DNA from: Octopus vulgaris
Taxonomy: Eukaryota
Length of the DNA stretch: 64,000 nt
Reading direction: 5' to 3'
NCBI GenBank assembly: GCA_951406725.2
Contig: OX597839.1
Coordinates: forward strand, 3,658,001-3,722,000
Shown here: piece by piece, positions 38,501 through 50,238 of the stretch
Numbering within the stretch: the first letter of the stretch is position 1
Layout: each line of letters opens with the position of its first letter
Position numbers and translations under genes: made by a program
Notes under the pieces: model-generated
Told to the model about the DNA's origin: nothing
What the model saw: the letters and a program-made list of their open reading frames with translations, nothing else
Database searches by the model: none

Positions 38501-41500
38501 CAGGTGCATAGTGTGCCACATGATGAAGTGATCTCAGAGCAATGTGACATTAAGTGTTTTGCTCAAGAATGCGACACGCTGCCCGCTCCAGGAATTGAAC
38601 CTATGACCTTATGATTGCGAGTGCAACACTTCCTCATTTGTCTTCCCTGCACAGAGAATATTCATGGCAAGATTGTGTGGTTACAAAACATGCTTCTCAA
38701 GTACATGGTTCTGGGTTCACTCCTACTCAGTGACACCTTGAGCAAGTGTCTTCTTCCATAACTCCAGGCTGACCAAAGCCTTGTGACTGAATTTGGTTGA
38801 CAGAAGTTTCCGCCATGCGTACACATATGTGTGAAAGTGGTTTTACCGCCTTTGATAGATAGTGAAGGTGCATGGCTTTGTGGTTAGAGTGTTCAGCTCT
38901 CAATCGTAAGGTTGTGAGTTCAATTCCCAGCAGCGCATTTTGTCCTTGAGCAAGACACTTTATTTCACATTGCTCCAGTCCACTCAGCTGGCAAAAATGT
39001 GTGGTACTTGTATTTCAAAGGGTCAGCCTTATCAGATTCTGTGTCACTGAATTCCCTTGAGAACTGTATTAAGGGTGCGTGTGTCTGTGGAGTACTCAGC
39101 CAGTTGCATGTTAATTTCACAAGTAGGTTGTTCCATTGAGTGGATCAACTGGAACCCTCATCATCATAACTGAAGTGCCAGTTTCCTGTTAGGAGGAAAA
39201 CACTTCATCTTCACTACTCTGAGTATGTCACAGCTTTTCTACTCTTCAGCTTTGCTATTCAGTGAACATTTACAGTCAAATGGGACTTCAACAGTAATCC
39301 TTTTAGGGGTTGATGTAATTGACATAACCCCTCCTTTAACCCTTTCATTACCAGCCCGGCTGAAACTGGCTCTGGCTCTGAGTACAAATGTCTTGTTTTC
39401 ATAAGTTTTGAATTGAAATCTTCCACCAAACCTTAGTCACAATTTATGTTCCTAACACTAGTTGAATGATAACTAAGTTATTTTACTAAATTCTTTGTTA
39501 GAAAGAATTTAGTTGAAAGAAACACAGAGCATCTCAACAGAAATATGGTAACAAATGTTTTGTTTTCATAAGTTTTGTATTAATATCTTCCACCAAACCT
39601 TAGTCACATTTTATGTTCCTAACACTAGTTGAATGATAACTAAGTTATTTTACTAAATTCTTTGTTAGAAAGAATTTAGTTGAAAGAAACACAGAGCATC
39701 TCAACAGAAATATAGTAACAAATGTCTTGTTTTCATAAGTTTTGAATTGAAATCTTCCACCAAACCTTAGTCACATTTTATGTTCCTAACACTAGTCGAA
39801 TGATAACTAAGTTATTTTACTAAATTCTTTGTAATATTTAAAGTAATTGAAAGAAACACAGAGCATCTCAACAGAAATATAGTAACAAATGTCTTGTTTT
39901 CATAAGTTTTGAATTAAAATCTTTCACCAAACCTTAGTCACATTTTATGTTCCTAACACAAAATAAATGATAACTAAGTTATTTTACTAAATTCTTTGTT
40001 ATATTTAAAATTAATTGAAAGAAACACAGAGCATCTCAACAGAAATATGGTAACAAATGTCTTGTTTTCATAAGTTTTGAATTGAAATCTTCCACCAAAC
40101 CTTAGTCACATTTTATGTTCCTAACACTAGTTGAATGATAACTAAGTTATTTTACTAAATTCTTTGTTAGAAAGAATTTAGTTGAAAGAAACACAGAGCA
40201 TCTCAACAGAAATATAGTAACAAATGTCTTGTTTTCATAAGTTTTGTATTAATATCTTCCACCAAACCTTAGTCACAATTTATGTGCTTAACACTAGCTT
40301 AATTATAACTAAGTTATTTTATTAAATTCTTTGTAATATTTAAAGTAATTGAAAGAAATACAGAGCATCTCAAAATAAATACAGTAACAAAAAGGTTAAA
40401 ATTGCTGTTTTTGTGCCAAAATTTAAAACCAATATTTCTTTTAACAGGTCTCGCAGCTATTGCTTTGTGTGTTGTCCTGGTGTTTGCTGAAGACTACCTG
40501 TCCAGTGGCTGGGCCATCTACCTGATTGTTCAGTTTTTAGTCCTCATGACTGTTTGTATGGTAATTATTGCTATGCAGCCATCCAACACTGCAGACATTC
40601 CATTCAAAGTAAGTGGGATGACATTTCTATATTTCTTCTTTTTTTTTGCAGTGGCACCCTGGGGAAAGCCTCAGGCTTTGTAAGTGGATTTGGTAAATGG
40701 AAGCTGAATAAAACCCATCATATATATATATACACAATTTAAAAATAGGATAAAATCTTCATAAGAATTTATCAAGTAGTTAGCGTGAAAAACCTCATAA
40801 GAGAAAAAATTCACCAATTTTTTCACTTAACTATATTTATCCGTGTCGGTGGCACGTAAAAAACACCATCCGAATCGTGGCCGAAGCCAGTGCCCCCTCG
40901 ACTGGCTTCCGTACAGGTGGCACGTAAATTGCACCAATGCGACCGTGGCCGATGCCAGCCTCGACTGGCTCCAGTGCAGGTGGCACGTAAAAAGCACCCA
41001 CTACACTCGCGGAGTGGTTGGCGTTAGGAAGGGCATCCAGCTGTAGAAACATTGCCAGATAAGACCGGAGCCTGGTGCAGCCTTCTGGCTTCCCAGATCC
41101 CCGGTCGAACCGTCCAACCCATGCTAGCATGGAGAACGGACGTTAAACGATGATGATGATGATGATTATAGAGGGCATTATTACACATAAATTCCACACG
41201 CTAGGAGGGACTCTTAAAGTCAAAACTACTCAAATAAACATATCGTACCGAATGCAACTCTCAAAGCAAGTCATTTAAAAACAGAATTTCTGTTTTTAAA
41301 TGGTGAAACAACTTTTTGCTAATTCCTTAATTACGTTTATAATTATAAAAAACTTTTTGTATAAGTTTTTACCGATAATGGGTTTTTTTTCCATACCGAA
41401 GCTACTTGGTAAAATTTATTAATTATTAAATAAATATTCTTTAGCCTATATCTATAATATATATATGTGTGTGTGTGCCTTTGTGACTTTGTGTCCCTCA

Positions 41501-43406
41501 CCACTGCATGATGATTACATCTGCTTTCCATGCTCACGGAGGGCTGCACCAGATCCCAGACTGATTTGGCATGGTTTCCCCTTCCTTGAGTCCCCCTGCC
41601 TCCAATCTGTGTTTACCACTCCCTGTACTGCTGTTCTTGTCTCCTCTCACAAAATTGCTGGCCTTGTGCCAAAATGTGAAACCATTATTATCAAAAGGAT
41701 GCCACCAGGAATTGAACTCAGGACCTTACAATTGTGAAGCGAATACTCTAACCAATAAGCCACGCACTTATAGAATAGCATTAACAGCCTTTACTAAATG
41801 TGATCTTTCTACTTGCAGGTTCCATTCGTACCCGTGATTCCTGAGATAAGTGCTGCATTGAATATCTATCTTATGTTAAAATTGCCAGTTTCCACATGGG
41901 TCCGATTTTGCGTCTGGATGTTTGTTGGTTTGTATCGCCATTTATTGTTCGGTTAATTCTCTTTGATTTATAAACAAAACAAACAGCTGTTCTTGTCCCC
42001 CTTCCACCCCTCACCCTCACCCCCCCCCCCCGAGGAAATTCGGTAGTGGTAGGAGGTAATAGAATGGACCCTGTTGTTTATGCCCATGCTTCAACCCCAC
42101 CACACACACACACATGCAATCTGTCCCTGACAGACCCCATTTCCTTCCTTGAATTCCCCCCCCCCCCCCCCATCTTCCCAATGCCTCCCCTCCTCCAATC
42201 TGTGTTCACCACTCCCTATACTGCTGTTCTTGTCCTGAAGAAATTCAGGATAAATAGAATGGGTCCCAGTCCTTTACACCATGTCCACCCCGCAACCCCA
42301 ACACACATGCCTTGTCACATTTTCACCATCTTATCTCTCTCCTATTTCCTCTCGCTCTCTCATATTTCTCTCCTTTCCCTTCCCTCCTATTTCTCTCTTC
42401 TCCTCTCCCCTCTCTCCCTTAAATTAAATAAGTACCAGTTATGCACTGGGGTCGATATAATCGACTTAATCCCTTTGTCTGTCCTTGTTTGTCCCCTTTA
42501 TGTTTAGCCCCTTGTGGGCAATAAAGAAATAAGAAACGTTAGCACGCCGGGCGAAATGCTTAGCGGTATTTCGTCTGCTGCTACGTTCTGAGTTCAAATT
42601 CTGCCAAGGTCGACTTTGCCATTCACCTTTTGGGGTCAATTAAATAAGTACCAGTTATGCACTGGGGTCGATATAATCGACTTAGTCCATTTGTCTGTCC
42701 TTGTTTGTCCTCTCTGTGTTTAGCCCCTTGTGGGTAGTAAAGAAATAGGTATTTCACCTGCCACTACGTTCTGATTTCAAATTCCGCCGATGTCGACTTT
42801 GCCGTTCATCCTTTCGGGGTCGATTAAATAAGTACCAGTTATGCACTAGGGTCGATATAATCGACTTAGTCCATTTGTCCGTCCTTGTTTGTCTCCTCTG
42901 TGTGTAGCCCCTTGTGGGCAGTAAAGAAATAAGACAGCTTATCAAGACAATTCACCTTTTGGGGGTCAGTTAAATAAGTACCAGTTATGCACTGGAGTCG
43001 ATATAATCGACTTAGTCCATTTGTCTGTCCTTGTTTGTCTCCTCTGTGTGTAGCCCCTTGTGGGCAGTAAAGAAATAAGACAGCTTATCAAGACAGGTGA
43101 CTGGAACCTGGAGCAGGTCTCTAGCTATCAATCTGTCTTTCCACATTTCAAACCGTCCAACCCATACCTACATGGAAAAGGAGGTTTGATAATAATTATA
43201 ATAATAATAATAATAACCATCTAGTAGTAGTAGTAGTAGTATCTATATCTGCTTTTGTGTGTAACCTCATTCGTAACCTATTATCGTATGTTTCTCTATC
43301 GCCTTTAGGTTTCCTCGTCTATTTCGGCTATGGTTACGAACACAGCACGGCGAAACGAAGAGATATGACTGATTATGTGAACATCACCGAGGACGAATCT
43401 GACTGA
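21142..43406 (+). CDS. SLC7A1-like: Cationic amino acid transporter (SLC7 CAT subfamily, APC superfamily; slimfast/CAT-1/2/3-like), 14 coding exons, 602 aa
   Basis: Manually spliced exons 21142-21259, 22825-22944, 24048-24176, 25558-25713, 28573-28712, 31014-31128, 31929-32151, 33109-33248, 34116-34218, 37035-37109, 37580-37701, 40448-40608, 41819-41927, 43309-43406. All introns GT..AG with compatible phases; total 1809 nt ending in TGA. CAT motifs [88 protein letters not shown]. Symbol is family-level only. Confidence 0.95.
21316..21597 (-). mobile_element. RTE (BovB-like) LINE 3' end
   Basis: [38 protein letters not shown]...[17 protein letters not shown], uninterrupted. Confidence 0.9.
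22825..22944 (+). CDS. CAT transporter exon 2 ([12 protein letters not shown]...SVLA)
   Basis: ttcag| ... G|gtaag, phase 1-1. Confidence 0.95.
23035..23541 (+). mobile_element. RTE-clade LINE reverse transcriptase fragment
   Basis: [38 protein letters not shown] motifs; truncated. Confidence 0.9.
23610..23810 (-). mobile_element. Single-unit copy of the same TTAA MITE
   Basis: Reverse complement of one 39.4-kb unit plus terminus GGTAACAAAAGGG-TTAA. Confidence 0.8.
24048..24176 (+). CDS. CAT transporter exon 3 ([12 protein letters not shown]...LEYAI)
   Basis: tttcag| ... G|gtgag, phase 1-1. Confidence 0.95.
25039..25421 (-). mobile_element. tRNA-derived SINE family C, full length
   Basis: Minus: ggaggcgcaatggcccagtggttagggcagcggactcgcggtcgtaggatcgcggtttcgattccc head; other copies 403-775+, 28770-29121-, 49918-50198+. 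Confidence 0.85.
25558..25713 (+). CDS. CAT transporter exon 4 (TASVARAW...[14 protein letters not shown])
   Basis: ttcag| ... A|gtaag, phase 1-1. Confidence 0.95.
25750..26196. repeat. (TCTA/TCTG/CCTA)n then (TA)n microsatellite
   Basis: Direct observation. Confidence 0.95.
28165..28548 (+). mobile_element. tRNA-headed element with hammerhead-like tail and inverted 3'-end copy (copy 2)
   Basis: Same architecture as 11976-12399; short inverted arm 28165-28209; a SINE fragment is inserted in the (TAA)n at ~28317-28408. Confidence 0.7.
28573..28712 (+). CDS. CAT transporter exon 5 (LLTVGVKQS...NWQLTPDE)
   Basis: ttccag| ... GAG|gtaca, phase 1-0. Confidence 0.93.
30571..30790 (+). mobile_element. 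SINE family B (MetaSINE-like body), full length with 13-bp TSD
   Basis: TSD TGTATTTTCTAAG 30558-30570 / 30791-30803; body gtcgactttgcc(g/t)ttcatcctttcggggtcgataaattaagtacc; B box gagttcaaattcc. Confidence 0.85.
31014..31128 (+). CDS. CAT transporter exon 6 ([14 protein letters not shown]...GFDCIATT)
   Basis: tttcag| ... G|gtgag, phase 0-1. Confidence 0.95.
31136..31905. repeat. Compound trinucleotide tract (CAC/TAC/CAT)n filling intron 6
   Basis: Direct observation; source of poly-T/H/V/D pseudo-ORFs. Confidence 0.95.
31929..32151 (+). CDS. CAT transporter exon 7 ([11 protein letters not shown]...GAICALTA)
   Basis: tttcag| ... AG|gtgag, phase 1-2. Confidence 0.95.
33109..33248 (+). CDS. 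CAT transporter exon 8 ([18 protein letters not shown]...[13 protein letters not shown])
   Basis: tttcag| ... G|gtagg, phase 2-1. Confidence 0.95.
33390..33735. repeat. 60-bp minisatellite, ~5 units
   Basis: Lines 33481, 33541 and 33601 are identical. Confidence 0.92.
34116..34218 (+). CDS. CAT transporter exon 9 ([34 protein letters not shown])
   Basis: tttcag| ... CG|gtaag, phase 1-2; missed by the ORF track. Confidence 0.95.
37035..37109 (+). CDS. CAT transporter exon 10 ([10 protein letters not shown]...SVN)
   Basis: ttccag| ... AC|gtaag, phase 2-2, completes the conserved LRY. Confidence 0.88.
37580..37701 (+). CDS. CAT transporter exon 11 (PNTDMQK...TSSLL)
   Basis: ttgtag| ... A|gtgag, phase 2-1. 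Confidence 0.85.
38031..38414 (+). mobile_element. SINE family A copy nested in a TTAA MITE
   Basis: Full head-to-tail copy; MITE sequence resumes after it. Confidence 0.8.
39336..40399. repeat. piggyBac-like (TTAA) MITE internally expanded into 6 x ~167-bp tandem units
   Basis: TTAA-CCCTTTCATTACC ... GTAACAAAAAGG-TTAA; unit starts 39384, 39551, 39718, 39885, 40053, 40220. Confidence 0.85.
40448..40608 (+). CDS. CAT transporter exon 12 (LAAIALCVV...[11 protein letters not shown])
   Basis: taacag| ... AAA|gtaag, phase 1-0. Confidence 0.92.
41819..41927 (+). CDS. CAT transporter exon 13 ([36 protein letters not shown])
   Basis: ttgcag| ... G|gtttg, phase 0-1; CAT C-terminal domain motif. Confidence 0.93.
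42420..43095 (+). repeat. Tandem array (4 units) of SINE family B body
   Basis: Repeated taagtaccagttatgcactgg...gccccttgtggg...aaagaaata. Confidence 0.8.
43309..43406 (+). CDS. CAT transporter exon 14, terminal ([12 protein letters not shown]...DESD*)
   Basis: tttag|, stop TGA at 43404-43406. Confidence 0.93.
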
Positions 43407-43748
43407 AGAACTCCATAAATCATGACACGTCAATCATCACTCATTCGCATTTCCTTTTAAATCTTGATACTCAAACAATTTCACAATTTCTTTTACCTTA
43501 ATGCTCTGCCATGTACATGAATGCATATAATATTCATATATATATATGTATATATACACACCTACATACATATGCATATATATGTATATATTTATATTTA
43601 TAATCTGTGTATATACATCTGCTATGTATGTAGATATATATATACATGCATATGTATGTATGTAAGCATACATGTATATACATACGTGTGTGTGTGTGTC
43701 TGAGTGTATACATATGTACACGTGCGTGTGTGTATATATACATACATA

Positions 43749-43780
<32 letters not shown>

Positions 43781-44459
43781 CATAATATACTCATAGGTGT
43801 GTATACATATGCATGTGTGTTATATATAGATATAAATATATATATAAATGTATACATACAAACACACTCATATATAATATACATATCTGTGTGTGTGTGT
43901 GTGTGTGTGTAAAGTTTTGTGATATGTAGTTTTATTTTTAACAGAATTCATGTGAGAACCCATACATGTCCATGTGTCACCCCATACATGTCCATGTGTC
44001 ACCTACAAATATATAAGATTTTATGAATTATAAGTACATATCGACAAACAAATACTGCTATACAGGTTCAATTTTACACACGTGTGTGTGTGTGTGTATG
44101 TATATATATGTGTGTGTGTGTATGTATATATATATGTGTATGTATATATATATGTGTGTATATATATATGTGTGTGTGATGCTTGATAATATATAGTACA
44201 AAGTGCAGAGGAGGTACAGTCACGCATTTGTACTTTTAAGCGATGTGAGATAATTTATAATGTAGGTTGTTTTTGGTCTCTAGGTTTCGCTGTTCTGATT
44301 GGAGTTAATTCCCCATATGCGGTGAGATTGAGCAAAGCCTGCAAAGGGACACCATCAAACAACTGGTTGACCTCAGAGTAAAATTACTTGTACTGTTTTA
44401 TAACTGCATACACGCACACACATATCTTGTGTACGTACATATATATATATATATAAATC

Positions 44460-44492
<33 letters not shown>

Positions 44493-44550
44493 TTATATGT
44501 GTATTATATGTGTATGAATGTTCATATATTCAACTGCATCTGTGTATGTA

Positions 44551-44584
<34 letters not shown>

Positions 44585-44974
44585 CTTGGAAAAGGATGCG
44601 TGGCATTCAATCATACAATAATATAAATAATATATAATTATATGCATATATACATACATATATGTACATACCTACATATATATGTATATATACATATAAA
44701 TGTAGGTATATATGTATATATGCATATAATTATATACATATGTATATATTTGTAATTCTTTGAATGTGTGAGTTTGATTGTAAATATTCTGTGTATGTGT
44801 GTATACTCATATATATATGTGTGTATGAAATAGCAGTGTTCATATAATAAATATTACCAACCACGTATACTCAACATAGACTACACAAAGCAAAAACATT
44901 AAATATATGTAATTGATAATGTTTATTACACTAGTGTTGCTTCTATTTCATATCCATTACACACACACACAAAC

Positions 44975-45010
<36 letters not shown>

Positions 45011-45839
45011 CATGTTGTTGCATCCATTAGTCTTGCTAGAGTATAGATCTGCAGCCGAAGGGTCTTGCTTCAATCTCTGTTGATAGAGAAAAGCCTGTTG
45101 GGGCTGTAGAGGCCTACTCTAGAATGACTTTTCTGGTTGCAGTAACTACATTTGAAAATGCTTTCCACACCGGTGTTGTTTTAGAACTTTTTTAAGTCTC
45201 AACTCTATAATTTTTAGACTTTAAACCCCCATCTCATTCTTGCCTCCAGCGAAAGTCTTTGCTTACGTCGTCCTCTTGCTTCTCAAATTTCTCTATTCGG
45301 TGGCTTCATATTTCTTATACAGGTACTTTTGATATGAGATGAGGTTATCTTTTTGCTCTCTTACTTGAAGCCAGTTTCCCCCATATAATGCAGAACAGGT
45401 AGTTTAACCAATGATGATGAGACAGGAACAGGATGATGAGACAGAGTATCTAGATAGAGGCCAGAACGTCATTGCTGCTGACTCGGTCTGTTTACGACAT
45501 TGTGATGCTAGTCTTGTCCAGAGTGGGGACTCCAGGCCACACTGTAGTCATAGTGTGCTACGGTCAAGGGCCATGTAGGCTGCAACTAAACCTTGGTATG
45601 TGTCCCAGATGCTTTTTGTGTCAGCTTGGTGAGTGTTGAGGCTATGTGTGGAATGACTGATCAATCCAAAGAAGCATCTGGGGACAGCCAGTGATAGTGG
45701 GGATTTTGAACATGATATTTTTCTACTCACAAGGTCAACAAAAACCGACATGACATGGAGCTTTTAAATCACAACTTAACTTTGTCTTAGATGAATTGTC
45801 TTCTCAAACTGAAGAATTCTGTTGACCTAAAGTACTGGC

Positions 45840-46261
45840 TTAACCGTTTTGCATTCAGATTACTCTGTCAAATGTAAATCTTATTCATTCACATTGTTTT
45901 GAAATAATCCTGCTTTATCTTGTGGTTTCAAGATTTCGATGATGTGATTGCTTACTTTTAAAGTGACATTGTGCAAGAGGCTGAATTTGGCTGGTTCAAA
46001 TATAAAACAGAATATTAGGGCCAGATAAATACTAGAGGGTTTAACCCTCTAGTATTTAGATAACGGTCGATTGCTTATTTATTCACATTATTTTGAATCA
46101 GTCATGCTTTATCTTGTGGCTTTGAGATTTCAATGATGTGATTGTTTATTTTTAGAATGATATTGTAAGACAGATGTGAAAGGCTGGATCTGGCTAGTTT
46201 GTACATAGAACAGATAAAATATTTGGGCCGGACATGGCCATTTTAAATGCCAAAGGATTAA
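45840..46261. mobile_element. Two head-to-tail TTAA (piggyBac-like) MITEs
   Basis: TTAA-CCGTTTTGCATTC..., shared TTAA at 46041-46044, ...AAATGCCAAAGGA-TTAA; related copy at 37825-38440 split by a SINE. Confidence 0.65.
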
Positions 46262-48535
46262 ACCAACTGAACCAGCCTTCACCCCTTCTCTTGTCAGTAA
46301 AATGAGTTCTGCTGGATATAGCTGTAACCCACAGAAGAAGGCCCCAAGGCTTGGACATCATATACATTCCTTAAAAAGCATTTTCAGACTATTGGAGCAA
46401 AATTCTATTAATCTTCAGCTTAACAACCTTGGAATCATATATATGTATGTGTATATGTATGTATGTATATATATATATGTATATATCACCATTATCATCA
46501 TCATTTAACATTCTGTTTTCCATGCTGGCATGGGTTGGATGGTTTGACATGGGGCCTGGCCAGCCAAGGAGCTGTCCAGACCCCAATTGTCTTTTGTGCT
46601 ATGGTTTCTCTGGCTGGATGCCCTTCCTAACATGAACTACTTTACAGAGAATGCTGGGTGCTTCTTCCGTGCCACCTGCGCAGGTGCCTCTGAACAGCAC
46701 CAGCACGAGTGTATTTTATGTGGCACTGGTACATGTACAGGACAAGCCTGTGTGCATGGACGACAGCAATTATATATATATATGTATGTATGTATATATA
46801 TATGTATATTTATGTATGTATGTATGTATATATATATGTATATTTATGTATGTATGTGTATATATATATATGCATGTGTATGTATGTATATATATATGTA
46901 TGTATGTATATATGTATATATATATGCATGTGTATATATATATATGCATGTGTATATATATATATGTATGTATTTATGTATGTATATATATATGTATGTA
47001 TCTACACACACACACACACACACATGTACATATGTATACACACATGCATGTGTATGTGCACGTACATGTAAATTAATCTGCTGGTCTATTTCTTTCTACA
47101 TCATATATGAGTGTGTGTGTGTGTGTATACATGTTCATATGTATACACACTCATGAATTTGTGCACCCGGTTGTATTTTCCGGGTTATATATATACACAC
47201 ACACACATACATCCAAACAGACACACATAAACTCACATACATGCATTCCCATGACTATCAATTTTAAAAGGAAAATGTTTTATTTTTTATATCAATATAT
47301 ATATAGATATGTATGTATACATTCTGTTCCTTGTTTAATTTCATCTAATTTACTTCACCTGTTGACTATATATATATATTTCTATACAAGCATATGTATA
47401 TATAAACGCATATGCACACGTGTTTTTTTGTGTGTGTTGTATATATATATATATATATACACACACATATACAAGTGTGTATATATGTATGATTGTATGG
47501 AAATATCTTTTTGATATGTATGTATATATTAATACACATGTATGTATTTATATTTTTAAATATAGAGTTAATAATGCAGATAACTAGGCATGATATATAT
47601 TTACATGCAGCACAGTAACTACATAATAAAATATAAAGAAATTATATGTCTTAACAACTGTTTCAGGAAGCTGAGAATTACGTAATATGCTAGTGATATA
47701 CACAGAAAGTAATATGATTGGTCGCCTGTTGCATACCCCTCACATTTTGCATATATCACCTGCAAATTATGATTATTACATAACTCTGGTTCCTGAAACA
47801 GCTGTCAAGTTAAGACACTAAATAATTTCTTTATATTTTATTCCATATTTATTGTGCTCTATGCAAGTATATATATCTATATATATCAAGTCTAACTGTT
47901 TATCTACATAACAACCTCCATATCTGTTCGATTTGGATTTCTCTTATACCTACTCTCAATGCCATGGGCCTTGCCCTGGATGAAGAAGTCGGAGTTTAAG
48001 TTTAAATTAAGTCGAGCACTACATATTTTCTATAGTGAGCTTATCTGGCTCTCGCCTATTGACAGTAAATATATATATACATACATAAATGTATTTATAT
48101 GTACATAAACATATATATATATATATTTGTATATACAACTGATTGAACAAATAAGAGAAAGTAGCATTCAGTACATTTTGTTGAAGCTTTATGTAATTAA
48201 TAACAGTCTGACTTAACTCCTTATTACTTAAAGTTTCATGCATGAAGAACATGTCTACTTCATCAGACTTTTGGAAACTTCTCATATGTGAACACTTTTT
48301 TCTGCTTACAAAATTTTAATGGGGAGCTACGTGAAACAATTATTAGATATATATTTGTGTATATAAATATATATATACTTGTATAGATAAATATGTATTT
48401 GTATATTTAAATATATATATATATATACATATTTCTGTGTGTGTATATATGTGTATACTTGGTATAGTGGATCTCTAAGTACACACAAATCTAGGAATAA
48501 GCATATAAGCTTGTAAATAAATATTGTTTTGATAG

Positions 48536-48566
<31 letters not shown>

Positions 48567-49302
48567 AGCCATCAACTTTCTCTATCCAAATGGGATTTTC
48601 AACACATATGATATTTATAGTTTCATCCTGTGTTTCAAGATTCACTATTCCAAAAAAGAATTATATATATGTATCTATGGATATATATATATATATATTT
48701 GCATATTCATATATGTATATACATACATAATTTTACATATTTGTGTATGTATATGTATATTTATGTATTCATATATGTATATACATACATATTTTATATA
48801 CTTGTATATGTATTAGTATTATGCAAATGCATGTGTGTGTATATATATATATGTACATACATGCATCCATATTTTATACATTTGGATATATATAAATATG
48901 TATACATTTACGTGTGTGTGTATATTATATATATATAATACACACACATATATACACACACACATGTATATATTTATATTTTGTTCATATATATATATAT
49001 TTTGTTTGATTTTTATCTCCAAATTTACTTTGACCCCTATTTTAACCCCCACCAAATAATTCTGCTGCCATTTTGTGACTGATCGTTTGAAATCCAGTTA
49101 TTATCATTATATCAAATATTATTGTATTGTCTTTCAAGAACAAAACGATTGATTCTTTCACACTGACTCTTGCTTCCTACATCTTCGTCAGGGATGACAT
49201 TATTCAATTTTACTGTGATGCAAAGAAAAACCCCACTAAAAAAAAAAAAATATAAATAAATAAAAATTATATATTTAAATCATGTAAATGAAAAACAGAA
49301 CA

Positions 49303-49308
49303 AATAAA
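49303..49308 (+). terminator. Candidate polyadenylation signal of the CAT gene (implies a ~5.9 kb 3'UTR)
   Basis: AATAAA, with further AATAAA copies near 49255, followed ~40 nt later by GT-rich gtgtttgttgtttt. Confidence 0.35.
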
Positions 49309-49362
49309 TACCTTCATTTAAAAATAATGTGCAAGAACAAAAGCCAGAGGTGTTTGTTGTTT

Positions 49363-49612
49363 TTATTACCTCCGCCTAATCGAAGGTAGAGGTATTGTTT
49401 TCAGTCATATTTGTTTGTTTTTCCATGGACAAGATATCTCAAGAACCGCCAGATGGATTCAGATGAAACTTTCAGGGATGTTTGGCCTCGTGACTGGTAT
49501 GAACTGATTAGATTTTGGGATTGATCTTGTACCGGGCAAGGATTCCAGATTATTTTTTCAGGGTGATCAGATTCATTTTTAGTATTCTCATTTGTGAGAG
49601 CAGCCAAGTGTA
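49363..49612 (+). mobile_element. Helentron-associated (HINE/DINE-1-like) element, 5' part
   Basis: ttattacctccgcc...gaggtattgttttc subterminal hairpin, short tandem gttt, caagatatctc...atgaaacttt core; a matching 3'-type end ggaggtttgtgctctctgagtgct lies at ~10977-11001. Confidence 0.5.
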
Positions 49613-50196
49613 TTTCAGATACTCTCTTTACACACACAGATACATATACATTGGGCTTCTTTCAGTTTCCATCTGCCAAATCCACTCGCAAGGCTATAGT
49701 AGAAGACGCTTGCCCAAGGTGCCATGCAGTGGGACAACTCGGAACCATGTGGTTTAGAAGCAAGCTTCTTACCACACAGCTACGCCTACTGAACACTGTG
49801 TTCAGTAATCATCTTTGGCAAGCTTGCATATGAGCTACAAGGCCTGCTCTTGATCTGCAACAGTGATGACATCCACTGCAGACGAAGCTGCTTCATACAC
49901 ACACACATATATATATATGGCCCCGTGGTTAGGGCAGCGGACTCGCGGTCGTAGGATCGCAGTTTCGATTCCCAGGCTGGGCGTTGTGAGTGTTTATTGA
50001 GCGAAAACACCTAAAAGCACCACGAGACTCCAGCAAGGGGTGGTGATCCCTGCTGTACTCTTTCACCACTCTTTCTTCTGTTGGCCTGCTCACTTAACCA
50101 GCGGGGTGGCGTCATTCGAAGGCTAAAACAATGCGAACGCATTGTGACCAGCGATGTGTAACAACATCTGATGGTCTGGTCAGTCATGTAATCACA

Positions 50197-50238
<42 letters not shown>

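Noticed and set aside
49148-49197. Minus-strand CTGACGA...GAAA hammerhead candidate
   Set aside because: Stems I and II do not pair.
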